Assembly (NCBI GenBank): GCA_973895155.1
Contig: OZ316899.1
Span: 14,969,974-15,033,973, forward strand
Source of the DNA: Marsupella aquatica
Lineage: Eukaryota > Plantae > Marchantiophyta
Direction of reading: 5' to 3'
Length of the DNA stretch: 64,000 bases
This document shows positions 11,831-23,214 of the stretch, piece after piece. The stretch's first letter is position 1. Each line of letters starts with the position of its first letter. A model generated the notes under the pieces. That model had not been told where the DNA came from, searched no databases, and saw nothing but the letters and a program-made list of their open reading frames with translations. The position numbers and the translations under genes are program-made.

Positions 11831-12280
11831 CTACAGCGTGTGATCCAAACATGTGTAGACACCAAACGCACCGGTGGTGGGGTCTGGGAGGCCAGGACAA
11901 GTGACATTGCCAGGCACACTGCAGGATGGCGAGTGGTTCCAGATGATACATTGTGCTCTATGCAAAAATTGACACCCAAGAGAACGGTCATCCAACTCTG
12001 GGCTAGAAGCCCGACAGGCAGGATAGTCATATTGGCAGCTGTGTACACACCCTTGGGCCCTAATTTGTGGCGGGTCATGTACAAGAGACAGAAATACCAA
12101 GGATGTTGGGAAGGGTAGAGAAGCAGGTACAGGCCGACTGTAGTTATTCCTGGCAACAATAGGGTACTCAAAGTACCATGCAGACTGGGCAGGAAGGATC
12201 CCAAGTCTCACATACTCAAGGTGCAACCTCTCTGCCTTGCGTGCAAGCCGCACATGTTCAGCATTGCGGGTGCTCACCAT
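11831..12280 (-). CDS. Orphan ORF inside CACTA-A
   Basis: ATG-initiated 149 aa ORF (MVSTRN...) co-oriented with the other cargo; no motif recognised. Confidence 0.25.
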   Translation of the reverse strand: MVSTRNAEHVRLARKAERLHLEYVRLGILPAQSAWYFEYPIVARNNYSRPVPASLPFPTSLVFLSLVHDPPQIRAQGCVHSCQYDYPACRASSPELDDRSLGCQFLHRAQCIIWNHSPSCSVPGNVTCPGLPDPTTGAFGVYTCLDHTL

Positions 12281-15200
12281 AACTGTTGCTTTTGTTCAGA
12301 TGTCTTGTGTTCACGTCCTCTGACGTCCTTTGATCAGCAAGGTGAGCAGGAGCTGTACTTGCCTCACCAACAACAACCAACCTGAACTTATCAGTTCCCA
12401 CTCACTGTGTCATTCCCTTGATTCCAACTAGAGGTCATAGTATAAACTTAGCATGAAACACTCCTAATCAACAATGTTGCAAACTACAATATCCAGAAAC
12501 ACTGAAAGTCTCTGCCTGCAGTGAGCAACAGAGAGGTAGTTCACTGCTTGCAAGAGTGACTGAGCAGGAGTGTAGGCAGACTGGCATTCAGTTGGCACAA
12601 CTATATTGTGCATCAGCACAAAAGCTCTTATAAACATGATATGCATGAAACTCATCGATAAAATAGAAGGAAACTAAACAGTGGATGCAAAACAAAGCAA
12701 ATTACAGCACAGGTCGGCACAGGGCAAAACAGAGCAAAACAGAGCATGGATCGAGAAAATGAACAACATGTAGTTCTTACGCAAGAAACTCAGTGACAGC
12801 AAACAAATTCACTAGCCCCAGGGAGTGAAGCAAATGAATACCAAGCCAACCAACTAAGATTGACTATGAAATGCAAGTGACATCATTTCAACCAAAAAAA
12901 ACAATAAAGCACTTAGGCAACATTAATATAGAAGTGTAGTGGAATTATATCATGCGACAGATCATACTTGGTTCTACCTGAGGTGTACAGGCATACTGCC
13001 CTCAGGTAGAATGTGTATGCCCGCACATACACAAGAGGATCCCCAACAAAGCATACAACAATATGATCTGAATTCCCAATTACTCTGTTCTGTCTATACC
13101 TATGTTCATCAAAAAATGATATGAGCAGACATTGAGAAGCTAGCAAAATAGAGGAGCCAATCGAAGCCAAAATATTACATTGCAGGTTGAATACATCAGT
13201 CACTGCCAAGAATCTATGCATGAAACAAACATGAAGGTATCGAATATGTATATGCATTACAGACTTTCATGCTAGACAGTGGCCAAAGTTAAAATGAACT
13301 AGTTTTGACTTTATGACTCTCTGAATGAAAATATTTTATTTCAGAATTATATTCTATTTCAGCATGGGTTCAACTCTGTGGATTGTGAATTGTCCCACTT
13401 GGAATTCCACTATTTGGGCTATCTAAGAATGCAGTTCAAAGGACATACAGTGCAAGACAGTTAGAGATCATGTCTTCATTCCGACGTCCAATTGGACATT
13501 TTATGTCACAAACTGCGCAAGCAATGAAGTCCATGGAATTTTCTCAAAAATGCAGCTTCTGTTGTTGGTAAAAGCAACTATGAGTTTCCTATTGAGTGCC
13601 CCCAATGCACAATACTACCAGAGGCCCACTTTAGACAACGATGGCTGTCATTACTTATTGGGAACTCGGATGCATATTATTGAAATGCTTCGCAGAGTGT
13701 TCCGACCACAAGCAAACCTAACATCAATCTCAACATTCAGTCCCGTCTCAGAATTGATTTAGAGGAGGCTTAGCATTCAGTACAGTGTCAACAATCAGAC
13801 TTGTCTTCACATTCAACATCCGATTGCAAGGGGCTTCGATGAAAGCACAAGACAGAGCTATAGAAGAAGAGACAGAGGAAGGCACCTGTGTGTTTGGGGA
13901 AAATGTGAAGCTCCAAAGACCACCCTAAACTGAAATCGCAGCGCGCAGTTGGCCGGTCGTAGGTTGATAAAAGCAAAGCATAGAGCCACTTGGACGTCTG
14001 CAATGTTGTGAACTTGCTCCTTTCCTCACACTGTGACCGATGTCGCAAGGCACAACAGTCCTATCAATCCCCACAGAATGTGGAATCTTTCCGTCGTAGT
14101 TGAGGTCCTATGCCTGATGACATGATCAAGAATGAGTAGCTACAATGTCCAGTCTCTCTTGACAGGGTGACATAGCAGCAATACATACATTGGATCAAAG
14201 CACGAGTCGGAGAAAAACAATGAGAGATAAAAATGGACTTTCGCTCACCCATGTGTTGGATGGAAGAATGCAGCTATGAGGGCTGGTCTCCAGCTACAGC
14301 TCCTTGATGGCAAACCGCAGGCTCTTCCCGGTTCTTCAACCAAAAACTGACCCGAAACACACTCTTGCAATGTCCTGAGTTAGTCGCAACAACTCCAATG
14401 TAGGTTGCAGCTGCCAATCCGTTCCCTCCGCCCTCCTTGCCAATGCCAACTCCCGATAGCAATGAGGCTTGTTCAGCTGACCTCCTTTGTAGGAGCTCCC
14501 AACTCCCAAAGGAAAACTGTCACTACTCAGCTAAAAAATGGCCCTTAGACCTTGTCGCTGCCAATGTGCGTCGTGCGCTCAGTTCTCCTGCCCACCAAGA
14601 ACTTCAACTATAACTTCAACTCCAATGCCCAAGAAGATTGATGAGCTCCTTAGTCAAAGACGCAGCTGGAAGGGTATGCACGCACTTACAGTTCACTAAG
14701 CTCCAATGCCCGGGACAATTGAGGAGCTGGTCCTGAGACTGGTCGCAGCTTGCACTCTTCACCTCAGGAATCCCGCGACGTTGTTTGAGCTCACAATACA
14801 CTTGGAAGAGAAGGATAGTTGCAGTAGACTTCACCCTAAGTCTTTACGCCTCCCACACAGGTCCCGCATTAGTAAAGCTTGTGCAGTGCCTTCCGCAACA
14901 GTAGCAAAACTCCCGACTGACTCCCTCCTTCCGCAGCAGTAGTGATCACCTCCCTTGGCGCAACTGCGAATGCGCTCTACTTGCAGCCCAAGGACTCAAA
15001 TGTGTCCAGCAGCAGCGATGGAAGGTTGGCAATGGGAGAAGTTACATACGGGACCCACACCACCACAATGAGCTCGTAGTTTTATGAGGGAAAGTGAAGG
15101 AAATGCGCACCCTAGCCAGCCGCAAGGATGCACTTCCGCCTTGGTGTCTGCACCTTCTCTCGTCTCCCGATCAAACGAAGCTCAGACATGTGTGACTAAA

Positions 15201-15659
15201 CGGGACGTGCGACTAAACGGGACGCGGGAACGGAAAAGTTTCACCTGATGGTGGCGATCAACTCCATCCAATGGTGCATGTCCCCCGATTAACCCCCTCC
15301 CCCTTGAGATCGATATAACCCCCACGCCCATGTCATATAACCCCCCTAAACCCCCTTTAGGTGTCTTGGTAAAACCCCCCTAAAACCCCCTTTAGGTGTC
15401 TTGCTACAATCCCCCCTAAACTCTGGCAGGATCGGTTACATGCATGTGGATGAGTTAGCTAGGCCTAAACTGCACTTCATGTAACACAAAACCCAAAAAA
15501 AGCCTCCCTAGCAAACCCTTATGCCCCTTGCATATAGTTCAGTCAATGGCTATGTAAAGCGTAATCCCATGGCTCAGAATGTGTATGGGATCGGGTAAAT
15601 ATCCTTTAACCAGGCATATGGCACTACATTATTTTAAAAAAGTGTTCAATGGCCACAAT

Positions 15660-15934
15660 GAAAATGAATGGACAAGTCAATTTTGTTGACTAAATTGGAC
15701 TTGGCTTACTATTGGCCATTGTCTTATGTTGACTAAGTATGACTATGTAGTCAGACCTGAATGACTCATTCAATAGAGCAAGATTTTTAAAAAGTTCAAT
15801 TGTCTTAAGTAGTCATATACATGACTACTAATGACTATCAAGTCTTGTGGGGTCTCAAAAATAAGACTGATGTTCAAAGGTTGCACTTGCGTGGTCACCC
15901 CAGTCACAAGTGGTCTGGTCACGAAATGCCCCGG
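15660..15934. repeat. Subterminal TGACT/AGTCA motif cluster of CACTA-A
   Basis: About a dozen TGACT/AGTCA/GGTCA copies in both orientations next to the TIR, as expected for CACTA subterminal repeats. Confidence 0.6.
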
Positions 15935-15946
15935 TTTCTACTAGTG
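15935..15946 (-). repeat. CACTA terminal inverted repeat (A)
   Basis: tttctactagtg is the reverse complement of CACTAGTAGAAA; identical 12-mer at 55060, both followed by GACCAnACCACT. Confidence 0.85.
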
Positions 15947-16883
15947 CCCCTCAAAAAAAGTTAACCACCCCTCCAAAAGCAAGGTACTACACATCAAATC
16001 CAAACACAAAGATTAGCCTAATGAAGGGGTTTAATATTATCCTAACAAAAGGTATAATGTTATACTAATAAAACCTCTACGTACACCCATAATCCCCTAT
16101 AAAGAAATGAAACAAAAGGCTTTCACCCGAAAATGGTTCATACAAAAACTTTTTGTAGTATTTTCTTGATCCTATATTACATATCATAGTATTGAGTTCC
16201 CATCACCACAACGTAACCACCCCTAAAACACCAAGACTCTATACACAATTGCATCATTAATTAGAGCCCAATATATTAAGCATGCAAGACCATAGCTTAT
16301 CAAAAAAATTACATAGTCCGGTACAAACCCCAAAATTTGTTCTCCGCAACAAAGAAACTTGCAAGAGGTCCCTCTACATGCATGACACGTTCACTGTCCC
16401 GTTCACATATGTAGAGCCCTACAAAACGCGGATTCAAATATGAAAGCAAATAATAACTCCAACCATGTGCCCTTACCCCATACAAAACCTAAATATCCTA
16501 AATTATACTCTAAACCCTCCAATCCCATACCCAACCCAAATTCAAAACATTATATTGGACCCCCTTTGGGAAAGCCAAGAGGTATCCGGTATAACTTCAT
16601 GAGGGGTCCGATGCAATAGGAAACGGGCCACACTTGGTAAATACATGGCCACAAGAAAAGGACAAGGGGTCCGAAGCAGATAGTTTCGGAAAGTCCGATT
16701 GCGTGTCCAATACCTTTGGTTTTGCAAAGTCCGAAACATAAAGAATCAGAAGCAGCAGGTTTTGTTTCGGAAAAAAGAACCGATGCAGGTGCGAAGACCC
16801 GCGCGTCGGGCCCCGTTTCGCACTTGGTGTTTTCAAATTTTTTGAAGCTGGATCAAGGAGGAGAGCTTGAAGGAGGAGGAGAG

Positions 16884-19234
16884 ATGGAGGGGGGCAGGGG
16901 ATCAGGTGGTGGGGGAGACAAAGGGGGATCAGGTGGTGGTGGAGAGCAAGGGGGACCGTCCCAGCCATACAATGAAGTTATGAGGGACATTTTTGTGGCC
17001 AAGGCAGGGCTGAGTGTGGAGGACGCAGAGAGAGTAGTCCCACTCCTCCAAACGCTGATTGATGCCTCTCGGCGTGAGGCAGAGAAGACTACTGCTGCAA
17101 GCATTGCAAGTGAGAAGGAGGCAAAGAAGAGGAAGAAAGAGGCAAAGAGAGGCAAGGGGGATGCAGAGGAGACACTGTCTCCAAGAAAGCGAGAGAAAAA
17201 GCTTCGAAAAGAAGCTAGGGCAGTTGAGAAGGTGTGATTGGAGGAGCAGAGGTGAAAGGAGGCAGAGAGAGCTCTCAGGCCTGAGCTAGCTCTCCATTCG
17301 GGTGGTGGTCCATTGCCTAAGAGCTACCATCTATTCCGAAGCCAATTCAAGCAGGTGCTGAGGGCCAATTTGGGGCCACTAGATTACTGGGGCAAGAAGA
17401 AGGAGGAAGAGAGATTGAGAATCAGAGAGCAGGTGAAGGAACGGTTCAGGAACGGGGCCTACATTGATGACAGGTTCCTAAACAAACGAATTTCAGCATC
17501 ACTCTCAGACATGCGCAATCATCAGCGAGAGAAATTCAGAAAGTACCTTGGAGATATGGCAGTGGATGCAGAGGTGATAAGGGAGGAGGGTTGTCCAGAC
17601 AATGTTTCCCCGGATGAGTGGGCGGCTTGGCTTGAGGAGGAACTCTCAATCCGTGCCTGGCTGAAAAGAAGACATTGGGACAACGAAATTAGGCTGGCAG
17701 AGGAGAAGCGAAAGGCTGGGGAGAATGTTGATATCCTCCCCCTTCAACAGAACCTGCAACAATGGGCAGCTCAGGCAGCAAGACTCCCCAAACCACCAAG
17801 GCACATCATAGCAGCATTGGAGAGAGTGCAGGGGAGGCCAACCATCACTCACCGGATGGGGCAAGGCGGCTCCAATCGATTGAAGGCTGAGTTTGTAAGT
17901 GCCCTCCCTCTCCTCCCCACCTCGACTCCCTGATCACCTGACTCCTCGCATGAAGAATGAGTTGTTTGTGCCTTATGTCTTTTGTTTAAACCCTTTGCAA
18001 AACTCATTTTTGCTCTCGGGCCTGTTCTTTCCGATACTCATCCGATAGGTTTTGCATTGGAAGCAGCATCGGACACCGTGTCATGCCATTTTTCTTGTTA
18101 TGCATCCAATAGACGTCCGATGCAGGATGTATCGGACTTTGCATCGGACCCCTCGGCAAAACATTTAAATTTTTGAATGAACGTACTTAACGTTAATTTT
18201 TTACTAGGGTAGAGTAAAGTTAGGGTGAACTATGGTTTAAGGTTACATTAGGGCTATGTAGGGTGGCTTGGTTTAGGGTAGGGCACGCTAATACTAGATT
18301 TGATATTAACCTGGCCTCTATGGTTTGGATCTTTAAATTTCAGGAGCGGGAGTATGGTCGCCCTATTGCGCCGTTGGAGAGGAATTTGGCAAAGACGGAT
18401 GGACCCCGCACTCTAAAGCGCCACCTTGAGGATGAGTTGGGAGAGGTAAGTGTTCACCCTAGGGTGATATAATGTTTAAGGTTGTCATGAATTTGTTAGA
18501 GTTATGGTCGGGACCATTCATTCTAACTGCAATTAAACCCTATTGCACAGGATGAGGAGGGGCCTGGGTCGGAGGAGTTGGACTCAGATTCTGAGCAGGA
18601 TGTTGAGGTAGGGTTGGGGAGGGTGCCCACAGTCACCCCTACTCCTTAGGTCCGAGGTGTTGTTGCCCCATCTGGTGCCGTTGCCCCATCAGCAGGGAGG
18701 GGTGGGTCACATGCTGCTGATGGTGTGGGCTCCCATCGCTCTGGAGCATCACGGGGTGCGGGGCCCAGGCAATTAGGGGGTAGTAGAGGTGATGGCATGG
18801 GACGAGGCAATTACGTAGGAGTATCTGGTGCAGGCGGCCCTTCCCGATGAGGTAGTGGCGACGTGCCGGATGGTGGATCTAGAGGGCGCGCACCATCTCG
18901 TGAGTCTGGTGGGAGTACAACACGACATGGGCCACCCACAGGATCTGTCGGTGCACCATCCCATCACTCTAGCAGGTCTGCAGGAGGAGCTAAGGCGTCC
19001 TTTCACTCTACCATGTCGGGGGTTGGTGGGACATCTACCTTGCCTGACCACCCTAGCGGTGCATCTAGTGGGTCAGGGTCTAGGCCTGCATCAGGCCAAC
19101 CCATGCCATCTGGTGAGCAGGTGGCTGCCACGGTTGTGGGCAGCCAGAGGGAGGAGGGCTCTCATGATGCTAGACCTGTACCCACCCTTTGTTCTCGCCC
19201 AAAGAAGAAGAAGGGACGCAACACACCTTTTTAG
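16884..19234 (+). pseudogene. TnpA-like (Ptta/En/Spm, Transposase_24-like) spliced gene with G/S-rich tail
   Basis: CPDNVSPDEWAAW...THRMGQGGS...EF / EREYGRP; predicted introns ~17895-18343 and 18446-18550; in-frame TGAs at 17235 and 17253; ends RPKKKKGRNTPF. Confidence 0.65.
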
Positions 19235-20138
19235 AGGTTAGTTGCATTTAGGTGGCCGGGTATCTAGTGCTAGACAGCTTTGATTAGACACTCACTAGGA
19301 GGTACCTTGTATATAGCTCAGTGTGTCTCTAGTCAAAGCTCTCTTTACATCTTCTATCGTGCCATCACGACCAGGATGGGTCTACCTAGTAGGCCTAATC
19401 CATTTTGTACATATTGGGGTGATCCCCTTTTTGAATATGATATTTTGACCTCGTGTTTATAGCATTATCTTTGGTTCCTAATTGGTGTATGTCACCTTCA
19501 ACCCTAAACCAATACCCAAACCCCCAAAAAACCACCCATGAAACCCTGTATTCCACCCCCAGAACATTTGATAATCCGTTGCAAGTCTGTTACCATCCGT
19601 ATCGGTAATATAGCAGTGTCCGATGCTGTTGCCTTTGAACTTTCCCATCCCCAACGCATTGGACCCTCCTTCAAGGTTCCCATCTTAAACATATCGGATA
19701 GTCCGATACAAAAACTAACGCACTTTCTGTTATTATAAATAATGCAATGTCCGATAAAAATTACTTCGCAAATTGCCATATCAAATATATCGGACATCCC
19801 GATCTAAATAGTATCGGACATAGGAAATCGTTGTGTGCCGTCGTGTGTTAGTTATCCGATTCATTTTACATCGGACATAAAATATCCGTAACACGTTACA
19901 ACGGAACATCCGTTGTCCAAAATATCGGAAAGTCCGATGGAAGTCCAATGGTCGATATGCGATGGTTTACGCATCACAAAGTGCGTTGGGAATTGCATCG
20001 AATGATAGAAATTTCTGCGTCAATTTTCCTGAAGGGATCTGATGTAAATCCTATCGAATAAAGGCCCGAAAATGTACTAGTGCATCGGCACTTGATGCCA
20101 TCTTACGGGCAATAGACCGTGTATTTGATAGGGTGAGG

Positions 20139-20819
20139 ATGGCACGGGTGCACCCTATTGAGAGGGAAGTAGTGGTCAGTACTAGACCACGGTCGTTGGA
20201 GTCTCGTCCGCCTAGGATGAGGCCACCCCGTTGCCCTTTTCTTGATGCATCTAGTGCCCGGGAACCGAGAGAGTTACGTGGGAGAGCCTTGGACATCATA
20301 AAGGACTCATTCCCTACCCAATTTGGGCTCCCATTGGACCTTCCAATTAGGGAGCCTATCATAGTCTAGGGTCGCCCTTGGGTCCTCCTTCCCTCCACAT
20401 TGGGCCCTCACGTAGGATTAGGATTATTTGCACTTGTAGATATTGTCGTCCCTGATGGTTGTGAGCCCGAGGACTTGCCTCAGCTCTTTCCATTCTATGG
20501 GCCAAAGTATTTTGCACAACAATGTCGCATCTTGTCTCGACAATGTCTGACCTTTGGTCGATATGGCATGTCTGTCAAGCTAGACCCTAGGTATGCTCAG
20601 ATGGATGGTTATCCACCTTGCATTGGAAACTTGGCAGGTTACATCAATAGCACTGTGGGTTGTCGGCGTTTAGGTTTTAGGCCAAACGCTGAGTGGCACG
20701 AGTCCCATGACCAGACCCACCCTCGTTTGCCACAGGCTTGTACTCATTACATCTTGACCCATGCTAGCCGCACCATTCAAGCAGGGGAAGAGATTTTTGT
20801 AGATTATGATTGGCATTGA
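20139..20819 (+). pseudogene. Minimal SET-domain (lysine methyltransferase-like) gene with one in-frame TAG
   Basis: STLGPHVGLGLFA...FYGP...GNLAGYINS...PNAEW...HASRTIQAGEEIFVDY. ORFs 20133-20369 and 20400-20819 share a frame and are split by TAG at 20367. Confidence 0.8.
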
Positions 20820-20935
20820 GGATGGACATGATATATTCAGAATATATGGACCCATTGTTGCATATTGCATTAAATCATATTGTATTATTTGTTTGATTAT
20901 AATGTTGTATTAAATAATAATTTTAACAATTGTAG

Positions 20936-21499
20936 GATGGTGCATACATTACCCCTACACCTCACCCATCCATGATGACGATGTCAGCGCATGACTTTCA
21001 CCTACGTGCCACTCTGCACTTTTTTGATGAGGAAGATGTTGAGGGGGATAGTGACCATGAGGAGTACCATGATGCATATGATGGAGACTTTGATGAGGAC
21101 GATGGAGATGAGGGGGATGCACCCATTCTTGAAGAGGAAGCTTTTGCCCACCTTGTGGACGTTCACTTTGGACCACATGCACCTCAGGGCGAGAGGCCTA
21201 CCATGGAAGTAGACCAGGAAGATTGGGACCAGTTGGAAATGGAAGCCAGAACTCCACTCTTCCTGGATTCTCCATCATCACGGTAAGTCTCATGATTGAA
21301 TAGTATACACATGAAGTTGAGGGTATGCCCCAACCCAACTAGCTAGTGAATGTGTCGACCATTACTTACCACACCCAATATCATACCTCAAACTAATTGC
21401 ATACAATTCCCTGGTTTCACAAATGCAGGTTGGGTGCCACTTTGTTGATGATATTGAATTTGCAGGGAGTTTTCAACACTTCAGACGTCCGTACAGATG
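20936..21499 (+). pseudogene. TnpD N-terminal fragment of element C
   Basis: Acidic exon ending EARTPLFLDSPSSR, GT-AG intron, then LGATLLMILNLQGVFNTSD; compare EATSPLYGGANCSKLGFIVMFLNI in TnpD of B. Confidence 0.65.
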
Positions 21500-22016
21500 T
21501 GTCACATTGTCAGCCTAGGCCTTAACCCGGGCTTTGGCTTAGACAGGCACATCCTTCATAAATATGAGGGTTCAGGCAGGGAGGGACGCACAGAATGCTC
21601 CTAACTGGTCAATTGCAAGATTGAGGGGGGCAAAAGGATGCAAAAAGGATTAGCTCAAAAAGGAGAGAAAAATGACTCAAAGATCATAAAGATTTAGTTG
21701 AACACCACTTCCATAAAGGTTTGACACACTTCCAAAATTGTTGTGCACACTTCCAAGAAGATTGGGACTTCCTAAAAGCCTGGACACACTTCCAAAGACT
21801 TGGCATGCAAGATCTCACCATCCAATCTCAACAAACTAATCCTAGCCATTTGGTGTAACACCTTGTCCACCCCTTGTAAATTGGGAAGGACTAGAATCCT
21901 TTTGGTGGAGAAATTGGATATCCTTTTTGCCCCCCTCAAGCTTGCAATTGACCAACTCACGTAAACTAGCGCTAAGTGCGCTTACTGTTATGTACAGACA
22001 CCTCCTAGGTATAGTT
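21500..22016. mobile_element. Probable LTR-end fragment (TGTCACA...) carrying a MITE
   Basis: Starts TGTCACA where TnpD coding sequence stops; no partner end seen. Confidence 0.4.
21607..21953. mobile_element. MITE, ~347 bp, ~33 bp TIRs, 4-bp TSD AACT
   Basis: GGTCAATTGCAAGATTGAGGGGGGCAAAAGGAT ... ATCCTTTTTGCCCCCCTCAAGCTTGCAATTGACC; AACT on both flanks; internal CACTTCCA repeats. Confidence 0.75.
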
Positions 22017-22727
22017 TGTGTTCCGCCGCCGGAACGTACCTTAGTCAACACGGGGTTGACTCCGGCTCAGGGACTTCTAAGCCTTCGTGTTACCACCTTC
22101 AATCTGGATCCATTAGTACAAGGGCTCAACCCGGGCTCGCAACCCCGTACCCATATCCGGCACCCTGTGCACGGTTGGCATCACGTGTTCGGCCCGGCGT
22201 TGATACTTGCACACGAGACTCATACATGCATTCATACATAACAGAAATCTTGATTTACACAAAGGAATTAAGGAGAAAGGATTTCATTCATTTATGATCA
22301 TACACTTTACGATTGGTTGACTCGACACCTCGTGAACAAACGGGCCCAAGGCCGAGGAGTATACACTACAACGGAGCCCGGCTCCGCACTCGCCCAGCGA
22401 GCTTAGTCGTATACCCTCCCCTTGGCACTCCGGTACTTCACCGAGTTTGGGACTCCCCATGCGTACTGCAAATGGCCAACCTCTGAGTCTAAAATCCCCC
22501 TCCCCTTGCCTCTATTGGGGGGCCGCTAAACACTAAGGGCTGAGGACTGGCCTGGCCTCGTGCCCGAATCTATGCTAACTTATATCCTTGCTAAGCTGGT
22601 GCCTGCTTTTCCTATTAGTCTAACCTATTCTACACAGGCTGGCTAATGTGTTAGCGCCGCTATCTTCTGGCCGGCACTTGTCCTACCAGCCTATTTTAGC
22701 TACTCCTAAGTCTATTCTAAGCCTAAC

Positions 22728-23214
22728 CCTCCGCTAATGTCTGGTGCGCTTGCCAAAGCCGTCCGAGTGGGAGCGGCCATCCCGCTGCCTACGGAGTCTA
22801 TCGTTGTCCGCCTTGAGGAGCTGGACTTGGCCCAGCAGAGATTCTTTTTCTCGCTTCGCCGTCTCCTCAGCTGCCTCCTGGCATGCCTCTTCCAGTTGCT
22901 GGGCGTTGCTCGTCAGCTTGTCCACCATTTGGGTCTGTTTCTTGGCTTTGGCTTGAATCCGTGCCACTTCGGCCTCCGCTAATGTCTGGTGCGCTTGCCA
23001 GAGCCGTCCAAGTGGGAGCGGCCATCCCGCTGCCTACGGAGTCTGTTGTTGCCCGCCTTGAGGAGCTGGACTTGGTCCAGCAGAGATTCGTTTTCTCGCT
23101 TTGCCGCGTCCGTCTCCTCAGCTGCCTCTTCCAACTGCTAGGTGTTGCTCGTCAGCTTGTCCACAACCTGAGTCTGTTTCTTGGCTTAGGTTTGAATCCG
23201 TGCCACTTCGGCCT
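22728..23214. repeat. ~245 bp tandem duplication of the ORF 3' end
   Basis: CCTCCGCTAATGTCTGGTGCGCTTGCCA at ~22728 and ~22973. Confidence 0.85.

Larger units (their letters stand above)
4489..15946 (-). mobile_element. CACTA (En/Spm) transposon A with PHD, BRCT and F-box cargo; second terminus not in window
   Basis: Terminus CACTAGTAGAAA at 15946, subterminal TGACT repeats, TnpD-type transposase; same gene order as element B. Confidence 0.9.
15947..21499 (+). mobile_element. CACTA element C fragment (TnpA-like gene, SET gene, 5' of TnpD); no TIR seen
   Basis: Co-oriented TnpA-like, SET and TnpD-start sequences with TCCGA/TCGGA clusters in the spacers. Confidence 0.7.

Noticed and set aside
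12300-15200. Short ORFs in the CACTA-A leader, and the many antisense ORFs in the track generally
   Set aside because: No motifs, many non-ATG starts, and no counterpart seen in element B; most others are shadows of real frames.
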